From contig JACIYJ010000003.1 in NCBI GenBank assembly GCA_014360015.1, positions 140,821-204,820 on the forward strand: a stretch of 64,000 nucleotides of DNA, read 5' to 3'. The DNA is from Candidatus Aminicenantes bacterium. Its GTDB lineage: Bacteria; Acidobacteriota; Aminicenantia; Aminicenantales; Saccharicenantaceae. The position numbers and the translations under genes were made by a program. Shown in pieces: positions 49,536-59,007 of the stretch (the first letter of the stretch is position 1; each line of letters begins with the position of its first letter). The notes under the pieces were generated by a model that saw only the letters and a list, made by a program, of their open reading frames with translations, searched no databases and was not told the origin of the DNA.

Positions 49536-51341
49536 TCAGGTGGGTGGATGCAGGCGTTTTTTGAACCAGACCCGGAGTTTTTCCATCTTCTCACGCTGAG
49601 CCAGAGGGGCCCGACGCCGGCAGGTGCAAATTTCTTCTGATCCTTCTGGTGCTCCCCAGCGGACCTCCACACAGTCGTTGGGATTGTAAGCCATTTCAAA
49701 AGCCTCTTTTCGCTTGAGAATTTCTTTGAGGCTCAGGGTCCAGGGCCGACCGTCAGACCTGGTGTAGGTTATTGAAAGCTCTTCAGCCAGCCTGGAAGAA
49801 AGGCTTTCCAGTCTGGCTTTTATTTTTTCCGGCGACTCAGATTTCTTAATTCTGAACCGTTCAGGATGCTTCAAAACTTTTTCCGGAAACTCCTCAATGG
49901 TATCCATGGCGATTAGCAGCCTCAGGTCACGGTTGGGCGTTGAATAGTCCTCCCAGGGACCGGTTGTCAGAAAGACAGTTGAACCAGAGGGCATGGGAAT
50001 AACATAACCCGGATGCTCCTGCATAAATTTTTCGCCAATTTCAACCGACTCCACCCTGACCAGCAACTGTTCATGGAGTGCCCGATAAAGTTCCCGGAGA
50101 GCAGTTTCCGGGTCAAGGGGTTCTGGGTTTATCAGCCGTTCCATTCGCTCGTAGAATTCTTCTGGCTGCAGTTTCAACTGTTCGAGCGAAAAATTACCAT
50201 AGTCCTGGCTGTCCTGAATTTCCTGGTTGGTCATCAACCTGAGCTTACCCCCACTGTTCGTTATTGGTCTGAAAGCTTTAAAACCTGGCTGGCCGACAAC
50301 ATTCTCTGTAGCAAAAAGAAAATTACCCTTCCAGAATCTTTTTATTCCGACAGTACCATCTGGCTGAGCGTCAACTGCCAGAAGTTCACCGGCTTTGTTC
50401 TCTGTCTGGGGCACCCAGCGAACTATGATTAGGGTGTGTCCATAAGGGTCAGCATAGACTACACCCGGGCGGAGGTGATTCCTCGAAAGAGGCAAAGGAT
50501 AATAATCAGAGACTTCTGCCGCTAACCTGGTTCTGGCTGTTCCCGAATGGACGGTATCCATCAGAAGGCGCATCAACCTGGCAAATTTTTTGACCTCATC
50601 ACCCGGTCTGGTCGGCAGCTCATTGGTCAGCCAGCGACCGCAGGTTGGGGCCTGAGTCAACGAGCCGCGACTGCATTCATGGAAACCAAAAGGCAGTCTG
50701 TTTTTCCAGGCAAAATAGGCTCTAAGGAAAAAAGGATTATCCGCACAATCTGGCTCGAGACTAAGGGCCCCATTGTCTTCAGATAAGCCCAGATGATTAT
50801 GAAGGAAATTTCTCCCGGGATCACGGAGGATGGAATGTAAATTTGGCCAGGAATCGTTCTCATCAGCACCATGAAAAAGTGCCTCTATCCAGGCTGAATA
50901 AAGGTTTTCCTCAGCTCTGGTCCAGCTTTTTTCTGCTTTCCAGAAAACACCGGATTCCGGGAGCCCTGGATGAAATGGAGAAACTTCAATGGTCCGAGAG
51001 AAAACAACTTTACTGCCAAGACAAATCTCCAGCCTGTATTGACCAGAAGTTACCACCCTTCCTTGCCACCATTGCCAGAAAGGCGGCCCGCCTCCTTTCT
51101 TTACCAGGGTTAATTTCTCCGCTTTTAGTTGGAGTCCTTTGAGATTGATTTCCAGATTTTTTTCGGGAATCTCTTTTTCGGAAGAAATAATCAATCTGAA
51201 GGTCATTCCAGGTGACAAACGGGCAGGAGAAACCAGAACAGATATTTCCTCCCGGGCAGACCAACCTGGCGTAAAGTTAACAGCAAGAAGAAGCCCGAAC
51301 AGCAGCAGTCTGGTTTTAATTTTAATCACTCGGTCTCTCAC
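49536..51341 (-). CDS. Large secreted hypothetical protein (601 aa)
   Basis: A signal peptide is present. No confident domain assignment was possible. A possible Cys...His...Asp arrangement (HECSRG ... YGHTLII ... DAQPDG) is only weakly reminiscent of transglutaminase-like folds. Confidence 0.5.
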   Translation of the reverse strand: MRDRVIKIKTRLLLFGLLLAVNFTPGWSAREEISVLVSPARLSPGMTFRLIISSEKEIPEKNLEINLKGLQLKAEKLTLVKKGGGPPFWQWWQGRVVTSGQYRLEICLGSKVVFSRTIEVSPFHPGLPESGVFWKAEKSWTRAEENLYSAWIEALFHGADENDSWPNLHSILRDPGRNFLHNHLGLSEDNGALSLEPDCADNPFFLRAYFAWKNRLPFGFHECSRGSLTQAPTCGRWLTNELPTRPGDEVKKFARLMRLLMDTVHSGTARTRLAAEVSDYYPLPLSRNHLRPGVVYADPYGHTLIIVRWVPQTENKAGELLAVDAQPDGTVGIKRFWKGNFLFATENVVGQPGFKAFRPITNSGGKLRLMTNQEIQDSQDYGNFSLEQLKLQPEEFYERMERLINPEPLDPETALRELYRALHEQLLVRVESVEIGEKFMQEHPGYVIPMPSGSTVFLTTGPWEDYSTPNRDLRLLIAMDTIEEFPEKVLKHPERFRIKKSESPEKIKARLESLSSRLAEELSITYTRSDGRPWTLSLKEILKRKEAFEMAYNPNDCVEVRWGAPEGSEEICTCRRRAPLAQREKMEKLRVWFKKRLHPPT

Positions 51342-51489
51342 TTTTTCATCTTTATACTTTGACTAATTGTTATTTAAGACAGAAAGTTTGTCAAACCCCA
51401 CTCTCTGTTCAAAATCCACCGACTCAGATCAGCTGAGAAAATAAATTCAAAAAGGGTAAACCCGATTAAATCTGGCTGCGACCGCTTTA

Positions 51490-51505
51490 CCCCCCCCCCC
51501 CCCCC
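51490..51505. repeat. Homopolymeric C16 tract (G16 on the minus strand) in the divergent promoter region
   Basis: Sixteen consecutive C residues are read directly. They are flanked by TTTACC (51486-51491) and TATTAT (51506-51511), about 65 bp upstream of the sppA ATG. Confidence 0.9.
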
Positions 51506-51575
51506 TATTATCGGACAAAATCCATCTGTTTATTTTTGATGGTTCATTAAGTAAAATAAGTTAACAGGAGGACCG

Positions 51576-53288
51576 ATGAACAAGAAATTTATCTGGCTGA
51601 TAATTATTTTCTTCTTTCTCATCCTTATCGGTTTGCTCGTTTTTTCCTTACTAATCTTTAACATTGCTCCTAAGGAAGTACAGGTCGAAAGCAATTCTTA
51701 TCTGGAAATAAAACTCGAGGGCCGGCTGGAAGAGTATTCTCCGGTGGTGCCGTATATGGAATTTCTCCAGGGGAAGACAATTTCTCTTTATGACACCTGG
51801 ATGAACCTGAGGAAGGCCAGTCTTGACCCAAGAATCAAAGCTGTAGTTTTGAAGTTCGGTCTCCTCGATTCAGACTGGGCCAAAATTGAAGAGCTTCGCC
51901 AGGCTGTTTATGATTTCAGGAAATCAGGAAAGCCGGTAATCGCCTATTTTGAAGAATCGCCTGATGCTGATAAAGAATATTATCTGGCCACAGCCTGCGA
52001 CAAAATTATTCTCCACCCACTCGGCTGGCTCGGAGTAAACGGACTGGCCAGCTATGTGCCGTTTTTTAAGGGAACGCTCGATAAACTCGGGATCAAGGCG
52101 GAATTCGAGCACATTGAAGAATACAAAACCGCCTACAACCAGTTTACCGAAAAAGGTTTCACCACAGCTCACCGAGAGATGATGGAATCAATCTATAACG
52201 ACATTTTCAACTATTATTTTAAGCAGATAACCGCTGCCCGTCATAAGACCCCTGAAGAAATGAAAAAGTTGATAGACCGTGGCTATTTCCAGGGAAAAGA
52301 AGCTGTGGATTGCGGTCTGGTTGATGGGTTGGCCTATGAAGATCAGCTACTTGAAGTGATGAATCTCAAGAATATAAAACAACTCAATAAAATTTCGAAC
52401 GAGAAATACGCCAAGGTCAACCCCGCTTCCTTTGGATTAAATCGGGGCAAAAAAGTGGCTCTAATTTTCGCCACAGGGACAATTCTGAGTGGTGAAGAAC
52501 AGGTAGTAGCCCTGGGCAGTGAAACTTTTACTAGGTGGCTCCGAGCAGCGGTTAAAGATAAATCCATTGCTGCTATTGTCGTCAGGATTGACAGTCCCGG
52601 TGGTTCGGCTGTTGGTTCGGATATCATCTGGCACGAGCTGGTCAAAGCCAGGGGTGAAAAACCCGTAGTCATTTCCATGTCCGGGCTGGCCGGTTCGGGT
52701 GGCTACTGGATGGCTCTCGGTGGCCATAAAATTATCGCCCAGCCCCAGACCTTAACGGGGTCTATCGGAGTAATAGCTGGAAAATTCAGCTTCGAGGGCC
52801 TGATGAAAAAGCTCGGGATCAACACTGAAAAAATAGTTCTGGGCAAGGAAGCAGATGCTTTTTCTGTTTACCGGAAATTTACTCCAGAAGAAAGGAACAT
52901 TCTGAAAAACCAGATTCAGTCTATTTATCAACAGTTTCTGGAACGGGTAGCTTCATCCAGAAATCTCTCCATCGAAGAAGTTCACCGAATTGGTCGGGGG
53001 CGTGTCTGGACAGGAAATCAGGCTAAGGAACTGAACCTGGTTGATGACCTGGGTGGTTTGAACCTGGCTATTGAGTCGGCCAAGAAAATGGCTGGCATAC
53101 CAGCTGAAGAGGAAGTTAAGTTGGTCATCTGGCCTAAAAAACGCACCTTTTTTGATTTTTTGATGGGCAAGGAGACAGAACTTAGTTATTTCCGGGCTCA
53201 GGCTGAAATCATCACCGGCTATGCCAGGTTAATAAAATATTCCTCACCACCCAGAGTCTGGACTTTAATGCCCTTCTGGCTCTATTAA
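51576..53288 (+). CDS. sppA: Signal peptide peptidase SppA, 67K type (protease IV)
   Basis: An N-terminal TM anchor is followed by two ClpP/crotonase-like halves. The catalytic region is SMSGLAGSGGYWMALGGHKIIAQPQTLTGSIGV. GGAGG precedes the ATG. Confidence 0.85.
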   Translation: MNKKFIWLIIIFFFLILIGLLVFSLLIFNIAPKEVQVESNSYLEIKLEGRLEEYSPVVPYMEFLQGKTISLYDTWMNLRKASLDPRIKAVVLKFGLLDSDWAKIEELRQAVYDFRKSGKPVIAYFEESPDADKEYYLATACDKIILHPLGWLGVNGLASYVPFFKGTLDKLGIKAEFEHIEEYKTAYNQFTEKGFTTAHREMMESIYNDIFNYYFKQITAARHKTPEEMKKLIDRGYFQGKEAVDCGLVDGLAYEDQLLEVMNLKNIKQLNKISNEKYAKVNPASFGLNRGKKVALIFATGTILSGEEQVVALGSETFTRWLRAAVKDKSIAAIVVRIDSPGGSAVGSDIIWHELVKARGEKPVVISMSGLAGSGGYWMALGGHKIIAQPQTLTGSIGVIAGKFSFEGLMKKLGINTEKIVLGKEADAFSVYRKFTPEERNILKNQIQSIYQQFLERVASSRNLSIEEVHRIGRGRVWTGNQAKELNLVDDLGGLNLAIESAKKMAGIPAEEEVKLVIWPKKRTFFDFLMGKETELSYFRAQAEIITGYARLIKYSSPPRVWTLMPFWLY

Positions 53289-53310
53289 TAAAAATTCGAA
53301 ATCCGGATGA

Positions 53311-53625
53311 TTATTTTTTCTTCCGGATAATCACCTTTTCTTCTGGTTTGATTAACCAGAGCTTTTCTCTGGCTTCTTTCTCTAAGGCCCTGGGGTTGGT
53401 TTCCAGTACTTTTATTTCTGCTTCCAGGTTTTCTTTTTGCCTGGTCAACTCCTGGATCTGAGCCTGGAGCTCAAAATATCTTTTTTTTGACCTCTGTATA
53501 TCCAGAAATCCTTTTTTCCCAAAAAATGTAGTAACCAGAGTGGCCAGTAACAATATTCCGACGAGCAGATAAAAGAACTTTTTTTTGGTCGGGGTCTTCT
53601 TCTTTACCCTTACAGGCTCTACCAT
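53311..53625 (-). CDS. ftsB: Septum formation initiator FtsB/DivIC-like protein
   Basis: The 104-aa protein has a basic N-terminus and one TM helix. Its coiled coil (YFELQAQIQELTRQKENLEAEIKVLE) has the length and architecture of FtsB/DivIC. Confidence 0.65.
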   Translation of the reverse strand: MVEPVRVKKKTPTKKKFFYLLVGILLLATLVTTFFGKKGFLDIQRSKKRYFELQAQIQELTRQKENLEAEIKVLETNPRALEKEAREKLWLIKPEEKVIIRKKK

Positions 53626-55019
53626 AGAAGTTCCATCCCGGCTTTGAGTAAAGCTCTGGCTTCTTTTTCAGTTTCAGCTTCGCTATAACAGCGAATCAAA
53701 GGCTCTGTTCCTGAAAATCTCAGGATAAGCCAGCTATCTCCGGCCAGGTCCAATTTCAGGCCATCCATGGTCTCGACCGACTGGACCTTTCTTTTACCAA
53801 GGAAATCTGGCGGATTCTTAATAAGCTCATTGAGCTTTCTGGCTTTTTCAGGAGAGAGCGGTATGTTTTCCTGAACTCCAACCATTTTTCCGTATTTTTT
53901 GAACAGCTGTTCCAGAAGCTGAGAAAAGCTGAGGCCACAGACAGAAATCATCTCAGCCACCAGAAGTCCGGCAAAAATCCCATCTTTTTCTGGAAGATGG
54001 TCTTTGACTGCCAGGCAGGCACTCTCTTCTCCACCGAAAATTATCTTGCCCTTAAGAAACAGGTCAGCCATGTATTTGAAGCCCACAGGGGTCCGGTACA
54101 GGGGAAGATCATAATGACGGGCAATCCGGTCAATAAGATGAGTTGTGGTCACTGACCTGGCCACTCCACCCCGCCAACCTTTAACCGTCAGCAGGTATTC
54201 AAGTAGAAGAGCCAGAACGTAGTTTGGGATCACCAGCCGGCCCTGTTCATCAAGTAAACCAAAGCGGTCTCCATCGGCATCGGTGGCCAGGCCCAGAGCG
54301 CAGCCGGTTTCTTTAACCAGGCGCTTCAGTTCTACCAGATTCTTTTCAGTGCAGGAGGGAGAAATTCCGCCAAAATATGGGTCAACGTAACCGTGAATTA
54401 CTTCGATCGGAATTCCGTTTTCTTCCAGGATTTCGTCCAAATATTCACGACTTGTACCAAAAAGTAAATCTATTCCTATTTTAATCCCCGATTTTCTTAT
54501 GGCCTCAAAATCAACCTTCTGCTGAAGGAAATCCAGATAATCGCGCTGCAAATCAATTTTATGAATATAATCAGGATCAGGATAGTAATTGGGCAGAACT
54601 GAGTCAGGGGAGATTTTCTCAACTTCCTGCTCAATCCGGTCAGTAACCTCGGGAAGAGCAGGGGCTCCGCTGGCCACATTGAACTTCAAACCGTTAAACT
54701 CTGGTGGGTTAAAAGAAGCGGTAAAGTTAATGCCACCTGAATGCTGACCCTTGATGATCTGATAAGCCAGAGCCTGTGAAGGACAATCACGGCCAGTAAG
54801 AAAAACCTGAATTCTGTTACGGGAGAGAAGGGCAGCCGCTACTTCCGCGAACTTTTCAGACAGGAACCGGGTATCATAGCCGATTACCAGAGAAATGTCT
54901 TTTCCCGGATTCTCTGCTTTCAAGTAATTGGCAATGGCCTGAACTACCCGACGGACATTGGAGAAAGTGAACTCTTCTCCCATTATTGCCCGCCAGCCTG
55001 ATGTTCCAAATCTAATCAT
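53619..55019 (-). CDS. Phosphoglucomutase/phosphomannomutase-family alpha-D-phosphohexomutase
   Basis: The motifs RFGTSGWR, the active-site Ser region (TASFNPPE), the metal loop DADGDR and the sugar-binding GEESA are all present. Confidence 0.85.
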   Translation of the reverse strand: MIRFGTSGWRAIMGEEFTFSNVRRVVQAIANYLKAENPGKDISLVIGYDTRFLSEKFAEVAAALLSRNRIQVFLTGRDCPSQALAYQIIKGQHSGGINFTASFNPPEFNGLKFNVASGAPALPEVTDRIEQEVEKISPDSVLPNYYPDPDYIHKIDLQRDYLDFLQQKVDFEAIRKSGIKIGIDLLFGTSREYLDEILEENGIPIEVIHGYVDPYFGGISPSCTEKNLVELKRLVKETGCALGLATDADGDRFGLLDEQGRLVIPNYVLALLLEYLLTVKGWRGGVARSVTTTHLIDRIARHYDLPLYRTPVGFKYMADLFLKGKIIFGGEESACLAVKDHLPEKDGIFAGLLVAEMISVCGLSFSQLLEQLFKKYGKMVGVQENIPLSPEKARKLNELIKNPPDFLGKRKVQSVETMDGLKLDLAGDSWLILRFSGTEPLIRCYSEAETEKEARALLKAGMELLW

Positions 55020-55134
55020 TTCTGCTTCTTATCTTTTTCTTAAAATGAAATTATCATAAGAAAAAATTTAAAGCAACCCAGCTATAGATTAGATTGACTT
55101 AACCTTAGTATTATCTTAATGTTAACTTAAAGCT

Positions 55135-57570
55135 ATGCCTGAAAAAAGCAAAATCCTGGCTGGAGTCTCCCTTATTTCAGCTGAGATTCTGGCTCTGGAA
55201 CTCGTCCTGACGAGGTTTTTTTCAATTTCTCAGGGCTATCATTATGCCTTCCTGGTTGTCAGTATTGCCTTTCTTGGCTTTGGTGCTGGTTCTCTTCTTC
55301 TTTTTATCGAACGCCTGAAGAATATCCGTAACCGGGAGGACTTCATTTCCAGGCTGGCTATGTTAATAAGTCTTTCCATCCTGGTCAGTTTTTTCCTGGT
55401 AAACAGGTTTCTCTTTAATCCAGTTGAGCTTCTCTGGAATCAAAACAGGATCTGCCTTATGCCTGTTCATTTCTTAATCCTAAGCTTGCCTTTTTTTCTT
55501 GGCGGGCTGGTCATTTCTTCAACTCTAACCTTTTTTCCCACGATAGTTCATAAGATTTATTTTGCAGACCTGATTGGAGCCAGCTTAGGAATAATCCTGT
55601 CCGGCCTGAGCTTCCGGCTGGCTGGCGACCGCGGAGCCATCGGGCTGCTGGTCTTGCTGGCCATTCTATCTTCATGGTTTTTTCTGGAATGGAAAAAAGC
55701 AAACCGAGAATATAAAGTCTATCAAATTGGTGCCACTCTGGCCATTCTCCTGATTTTTATGCTTTTTCCCCACCACTTCTCCTTTAAAATTTCAGATTAT
55801 AAACCGCTCTCCTTCTATTTAAAACAGAAAGACGCAGCCATCGAAAAAACCCTCTGGGATGAGAAGACCAGGCTGGACCTTTTTCATTCTCCGGCCATTC
55901 GTTATGCTCCCGGGCTAAGCCTTAAATTCTCTGGAATAATTCCAGACCAGATGGGGCTGTCGCTGGATGCTGAAAAGATTTCAGCTCTGATAAAAACTCC
56001 AGAAGATTTAGACCGATTAGCCTTTCTCGATTATTTACCAGTTTCCAGAGCCTTCAAGCTGGCTGAAGCTGGTAGAGTATTATTGATTCAGCCTGAAAGC
56101 GACCTTGAACTCTTTCTGAGCCTTAGAAATGGAGCCAGTCTGGTCACCGTATTTGAAGAAAGTTCTTTAATCAGGCAAGTTCATCAGAATGAAATCTCCA
56201 GGCTGTCGAAGGTAATGCATAAAAATTGCCAGATTTTCCTTAAAACCGTCGAAGCCCGGGCCGGTTTACTCCAGGAGAAGAATGAATATGATTTAATCGT
56301 CTTCCCCTTTCCCGACCTTCCGGGGAGCTTCAGCACTGGCTTTTACGGTCCTGGAGAAGATTATCTCCTGACCAGAGAGGCCGCCGAAAGAATGTTCAAC
56401 CTTCTCAGCCAGAAGGGAATGATAACGGCTCTATTCTATTATCTCCCACCGTCCCGCCAGGAATTGCGCTTTATGGCTCTCTGGATTGAAACTTTGGAAA
56501 AGCTCGGACTTAATCCTGAAAACCATATCCTCATCCTCAGGTCAGTTGAAACCATCTCTTTTTTCATCAAAAAAGAGCCGTACTCAGAAGAAGAACTTCA
56601 AAACTGGCAGGATTTTGCTGCTGACCACTACTTTGACCTGATCCTTCCCCGGCCAGCTGTTGGACAAAACAGAACATCATTCATTCAGTCTGATTTGACC
56701 TTTTCCGAAGAGCTGTTATCCGGTCTTTTTGACCGCGAAAAACGCCTGGAAATCTACCGCCGGTATATTTTTGAAATAAAACCGCCAGTTGATGACCGAC
56801 CATTCTTCAGGGACTTCTTCAAATGGTCAAGATGGCAAGATACTTTGAGGTTTTTTAATAGAAAAATATACCCGTTATTCCTGGGAAAATATCTCCTGGT
56901 TTTTCTGTTTGCTCAATCGCTGCTAATCGGGATGATAATAATCATCCTGCCGTTGCTAAAAGCTACATCCACCAGGTTGAAAAATGTGCCGCAGAAAAAC
57001 CGGATTTTCTTCTACTTTGCCAGCCTGGGCTTTGGTTATATGTTGGTCGAAATCACTCTTTTCCAGAAATTCATCCTGCTGCTTGGACATCCAACTTATT
57101 CTCTGAGCGCAGTCCTGTTTTTCCTGCTTAGTTCTTCTGGAGCCGGTAGCCTGAGCCTACCGAAACTGAATCATAAGATAAAAGAATCCGGTTTGAAATT
57201 CTGGCCTCTGGTCTGCATGCTGGCCATTTTCACAGAAATAATCGCCCTTAATTTAGCCAGACCGCTTTTTCTGATCAGCAGCTTACCGGTAAGGTTTGGA
57301 TTGAGTTTCCTGTTTATCTTCCCTCTGGGCTTCTGCTTAGGTGTTCCCTTCCCGGCAGGTTTGAAATTTTTCTCTTCTCAATCGCAATTAATCATTCCAT
57401 TGGCCTTTGCCGCCAATTCTTTCTTCGGTCTTCTGGCTTCGGTCTGGGGACTACTTCAGGCCCACGCCTGTGGCTACAAATCCGTTCTTGTTCTGGCCGC
57501 TCTCAGCTATCTTTTATCTTTTCTGTTTTTCTATCTCGCCGGTCATCGGGACAAACCGGACATCGAGTAA
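55135..57570 (+). CDS. Polytopic membrane protein with duplicated TM module flanking a spermidine-synthase-like (class I MTase fold) domain
   Basis: The N-terminal (about 1-210) and C-terminal (about 590-811) hydrophobic modules share EI(L/T)L..RFF...GY..AFL....[11 protein letters not shown] / E(I)TLFQKF(I)..GH..YSL....[12 protein letters not shown]. The central region ([12 protein letters not shown]...[10 protein letters not shown]...[20 protein letters not shown]) aligns with spermidine synthase but lacks GGGDGG. Confidence 0.55.
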   Translation: MPEKSKILAGVSLISAEILALELVLTRFFSISQGYHYAFLVVSIAFLGFGAGSLLLFIERLKNIRNREDFISRLAMLISLSILVSFFLVNRFLFNPVELLWNQNRICLMPVHFLILSLPFFLGGLVISSTLTFFPTIVHKIYFADLIGASLGIILSGLSFRLAGDRGAIGLLVLLAILSSWFFLEWKKANREYKVYQIGATLAILLIFMLFPHHFSFKISDYKPLSFYLKQKDAAIEKTLWDEKTRLDLFHSPAIRYAPGLSLKFSGIIPDQMGLSLDAEKISALIKTPEDLDRLAFLDYLPVSRAFKLAEAGRVLLIQPESDLELFLSLRNGASLVTVFEESSLIRQVHQNEISRLSKVMHKNCQIFLKTVEARAGLLQEKNEYDLIVFPFPDLPGSFSTGFYGPGEDYLLTREAAERMFNLLSQKGMITALFYYLPPSRQELRFMALWIETLEKLGLNPENHILILRSVETISFFIKKEPYSEEELQNWQDFAADHYFDLILPRPAVGQNRTSFIQSDLTFSEELLSGLFDREKRLEIYRRYIFEIKPPVDDRPFFRDFFKWSRWQDTLRFFNRKIYPLFLGKYLLVFLFAQSLLIGMIIIILPLLKATSTRLKNVPQKNRIFFYFASLGFGYMLVEITLFQKFILLLGHPTYSLSAVLFFLLSSSGAGSLSLPKLNHKIKESGLKFWPLVCMLAIFTEIIALNLARPLFLISSLPVRFGLSFLFIFPLGFCLGVPFPAGLKFFSSQSQLIIPLAFAANSFFGLLASVWGLLQAHACGYKSVLVLAALSYLLSFLFFYLAGHRDKPDIE

Positions 57571-58260
57571 TTGCTTTATCTCTGGCTGGCCTTTTATCTT
57601 CTTGACCAGAGTTAGAGTTTGAAAAAAGACTGTACTACCAACCGGTATGACCAGTCTCCCGCCTTCTTTCAACTGCTGAAAAAGTGGCGGCGGAATATGG
57701 TTGGCAGCACAGGTGACGATGATAGCATCGAAAGGAGCTTCTTCTGGCCAGCCGAAATAGCCGTCTGCCCATCGGACCTTAACCTGATGGTAGCTCAGGG
57801 AGATGAGCAAATCAGCTGCCCGTCTGGCCAGATTCTCCCGGATTTCTATTGAAAAAACCTTATCAGTGAGATGGCTCAAAACTGCTGCCTGATAGCCCGA
57901 GCCGGTGCCGATTTCCAGAACTTTTTCACCTGGTTTTATCCCGGCCACCTCAGTCATCAGAGCGACTATGTAAGGTTGAGAAATGGTCTGCCCCTCTCCA
58001 ATGGGCAGAGGGTAATCCTCATAGGCTTCTTTCTGATACTCAGGTGGGACAAAAAGATGCCTCGGAACCGCTAACATAGCTTTAAGGACTCTTTCATCTT
58101 TAATCCCCCTGCTTTTAATCTGAGCCTTGACCATCTGCTCTCTTTTTTTCACAAACCAAGTGTCCTCTTTTGTTATTTCTTTTATTTCCTGAACTGAAGG
58201 CATCAGAGATCCTGACCAGATCAGGAAAATAAGCCCCAGAATAAGTCTTTTGGCACTCAT
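57514..58260 (-). CDS. pcm: Protein-L-isoaspartate O-methyltransferase with N-terminal signal peptide
   Basis: The PCMT motifs [14 protein letters not shown] and [16 protein letters not shown] are present. A cleavable-looking N-terminus ([19 protein letters not shown]) precedes them. The 3' end overlaps 55135..57570 by 57 nt in convergent orientation. Confidence 0.8.
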   Translation of the reverse strand: MSAKRLILGLIFLIWSGSLMPSVQEIKEITKEDTWFVKKREQMVKAQIKSRGIKDERVLKAMLAVPRHLFVPPEYQKEAYEDYPLPIGEGQTISQPYIVALMTEVAGIKPGEKVLEIGTGSGYQAAVLSHLTDKVFSIEIRENLARRAADLLISLSYHQVKVRWADGYFGWPEEAPFDAIIVTCAANHIPPPLFQQLKEGGRLVIPVGSTVFFQTLTLVKKIKGQPEIKQLLDVRFVPMTGEIEKQKR

Positions 58261-58367
58261 CTTTTTTACATATTGTATCACAAAAAACCCCGATATAATC
58301 TGCCCTCACCCCTGGCGATGAAAAACCAGGCTTTAAAAATCACCTCTTGATTAGCCAGAGGCGGTGA

Positions 58368-58395
58368 TTGACTCGCCAGCTAATCGATTTATATT
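58368..58395 (+). promoter_or_regulatory. Candidate sigma-70 promoter (TTGACT-N16-TATATT) flanked by the inverted repeat AATCACC...GGTGATT
   Basis: TTGACT lies at 58368-58373 and TATATT at 58390-58395. The arms AATCACCTCT (58340-58349) and AGAGGCGGTGATT (58358-58370) form an imperfect inverted repeat overlapping -35. A second arm pair is GATTAGC / GCTAATC. Confidence 0.35.
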
Positions 58396-58504
58396 AACAA
58401 GGTAATGAAAGAGGGAAAGAACTAACTGTGTGAAAAAAAAGGTTTGACAAGGAGAAACTTTTTTGATAATTGATAATCAAGAATGCCAGGAACTGAAACC
58501 CTTA

Positions 58505-58996
58505 ATGGAAAGAAAGGCAATTTATCCCGGGTCATTCGACCCTATTACCAATGGGCATGTAGACATTATTCAACGAGGGAAGAAGATTTTCGACAAAATT
58601 ATTGTGGGCGTGCTGGATAACCCGAAAAAGACCCCTCTTTTTTCTACGCAGGAACGAGTTGAACTGATCAGGAAAACTTTTGAAGGGGATCCGTCTGTTG
58701 ATGTTATGAGCTTCGACGGTCTTCTGGTTGATTTCGCCCGCAGAAATAAGGTAAATGTGGTCATAAGGGGACTAAGGGCTATCTCCGATTTCGAGTACGA
58801 GTTTCAGATGGCTTTGATGAACAGAAAATTAGCCAGTGACATCGAGACTCTGTTCATGATGCCCAGTCTGAAATATTCTTTTTTGAGTTCCAATTTGGTA
58901 AAAGAGGTTTTTCAGCTCGGTGGATGTATTAAGGACCTGGTTCCACCCTTAGTTGAAGAAGCCCTTAAAAAAAAATTCATGAATTCTAAAAAATAA
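58505..58996 (+). CDS. coaD: Phosphopantetheine adenylyltransferase
   Basis: KAIYPGSFDPITNGHVDII contains the nucleotidyltransferase (T/H)xGH motif. The ATG at 58505 is preferred over the TTG at 58463. Confidence 0.85.
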   Translation: MERKAIYPGSFDPITNGHVDIIQRGKKIFDKIIVGVLDNPKKTPLFSTQERVELIRKTFEGDPSVDVMSFDGLLVDFARRNKVNVVIRGLRAISDFEYEFQMALMNRKLASDIETLFMMPSLKYSFLSSNLVKEVFQLGGCIKDLVPPLVEEALKKKFMNSKK

Positions 58997-59007
58997 AGGC
59001 GGTAAAA

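Noticed and set aside
51490-51505. Poly-C tract as a mobile-element or integration scar
   Set aside because: There are no flanking direct repeats, no tRNA and no integrase. Its position exactly between promoter hexamers favours a promoter-spacer role, or a sequencing artefact, rather than a recombination scar.
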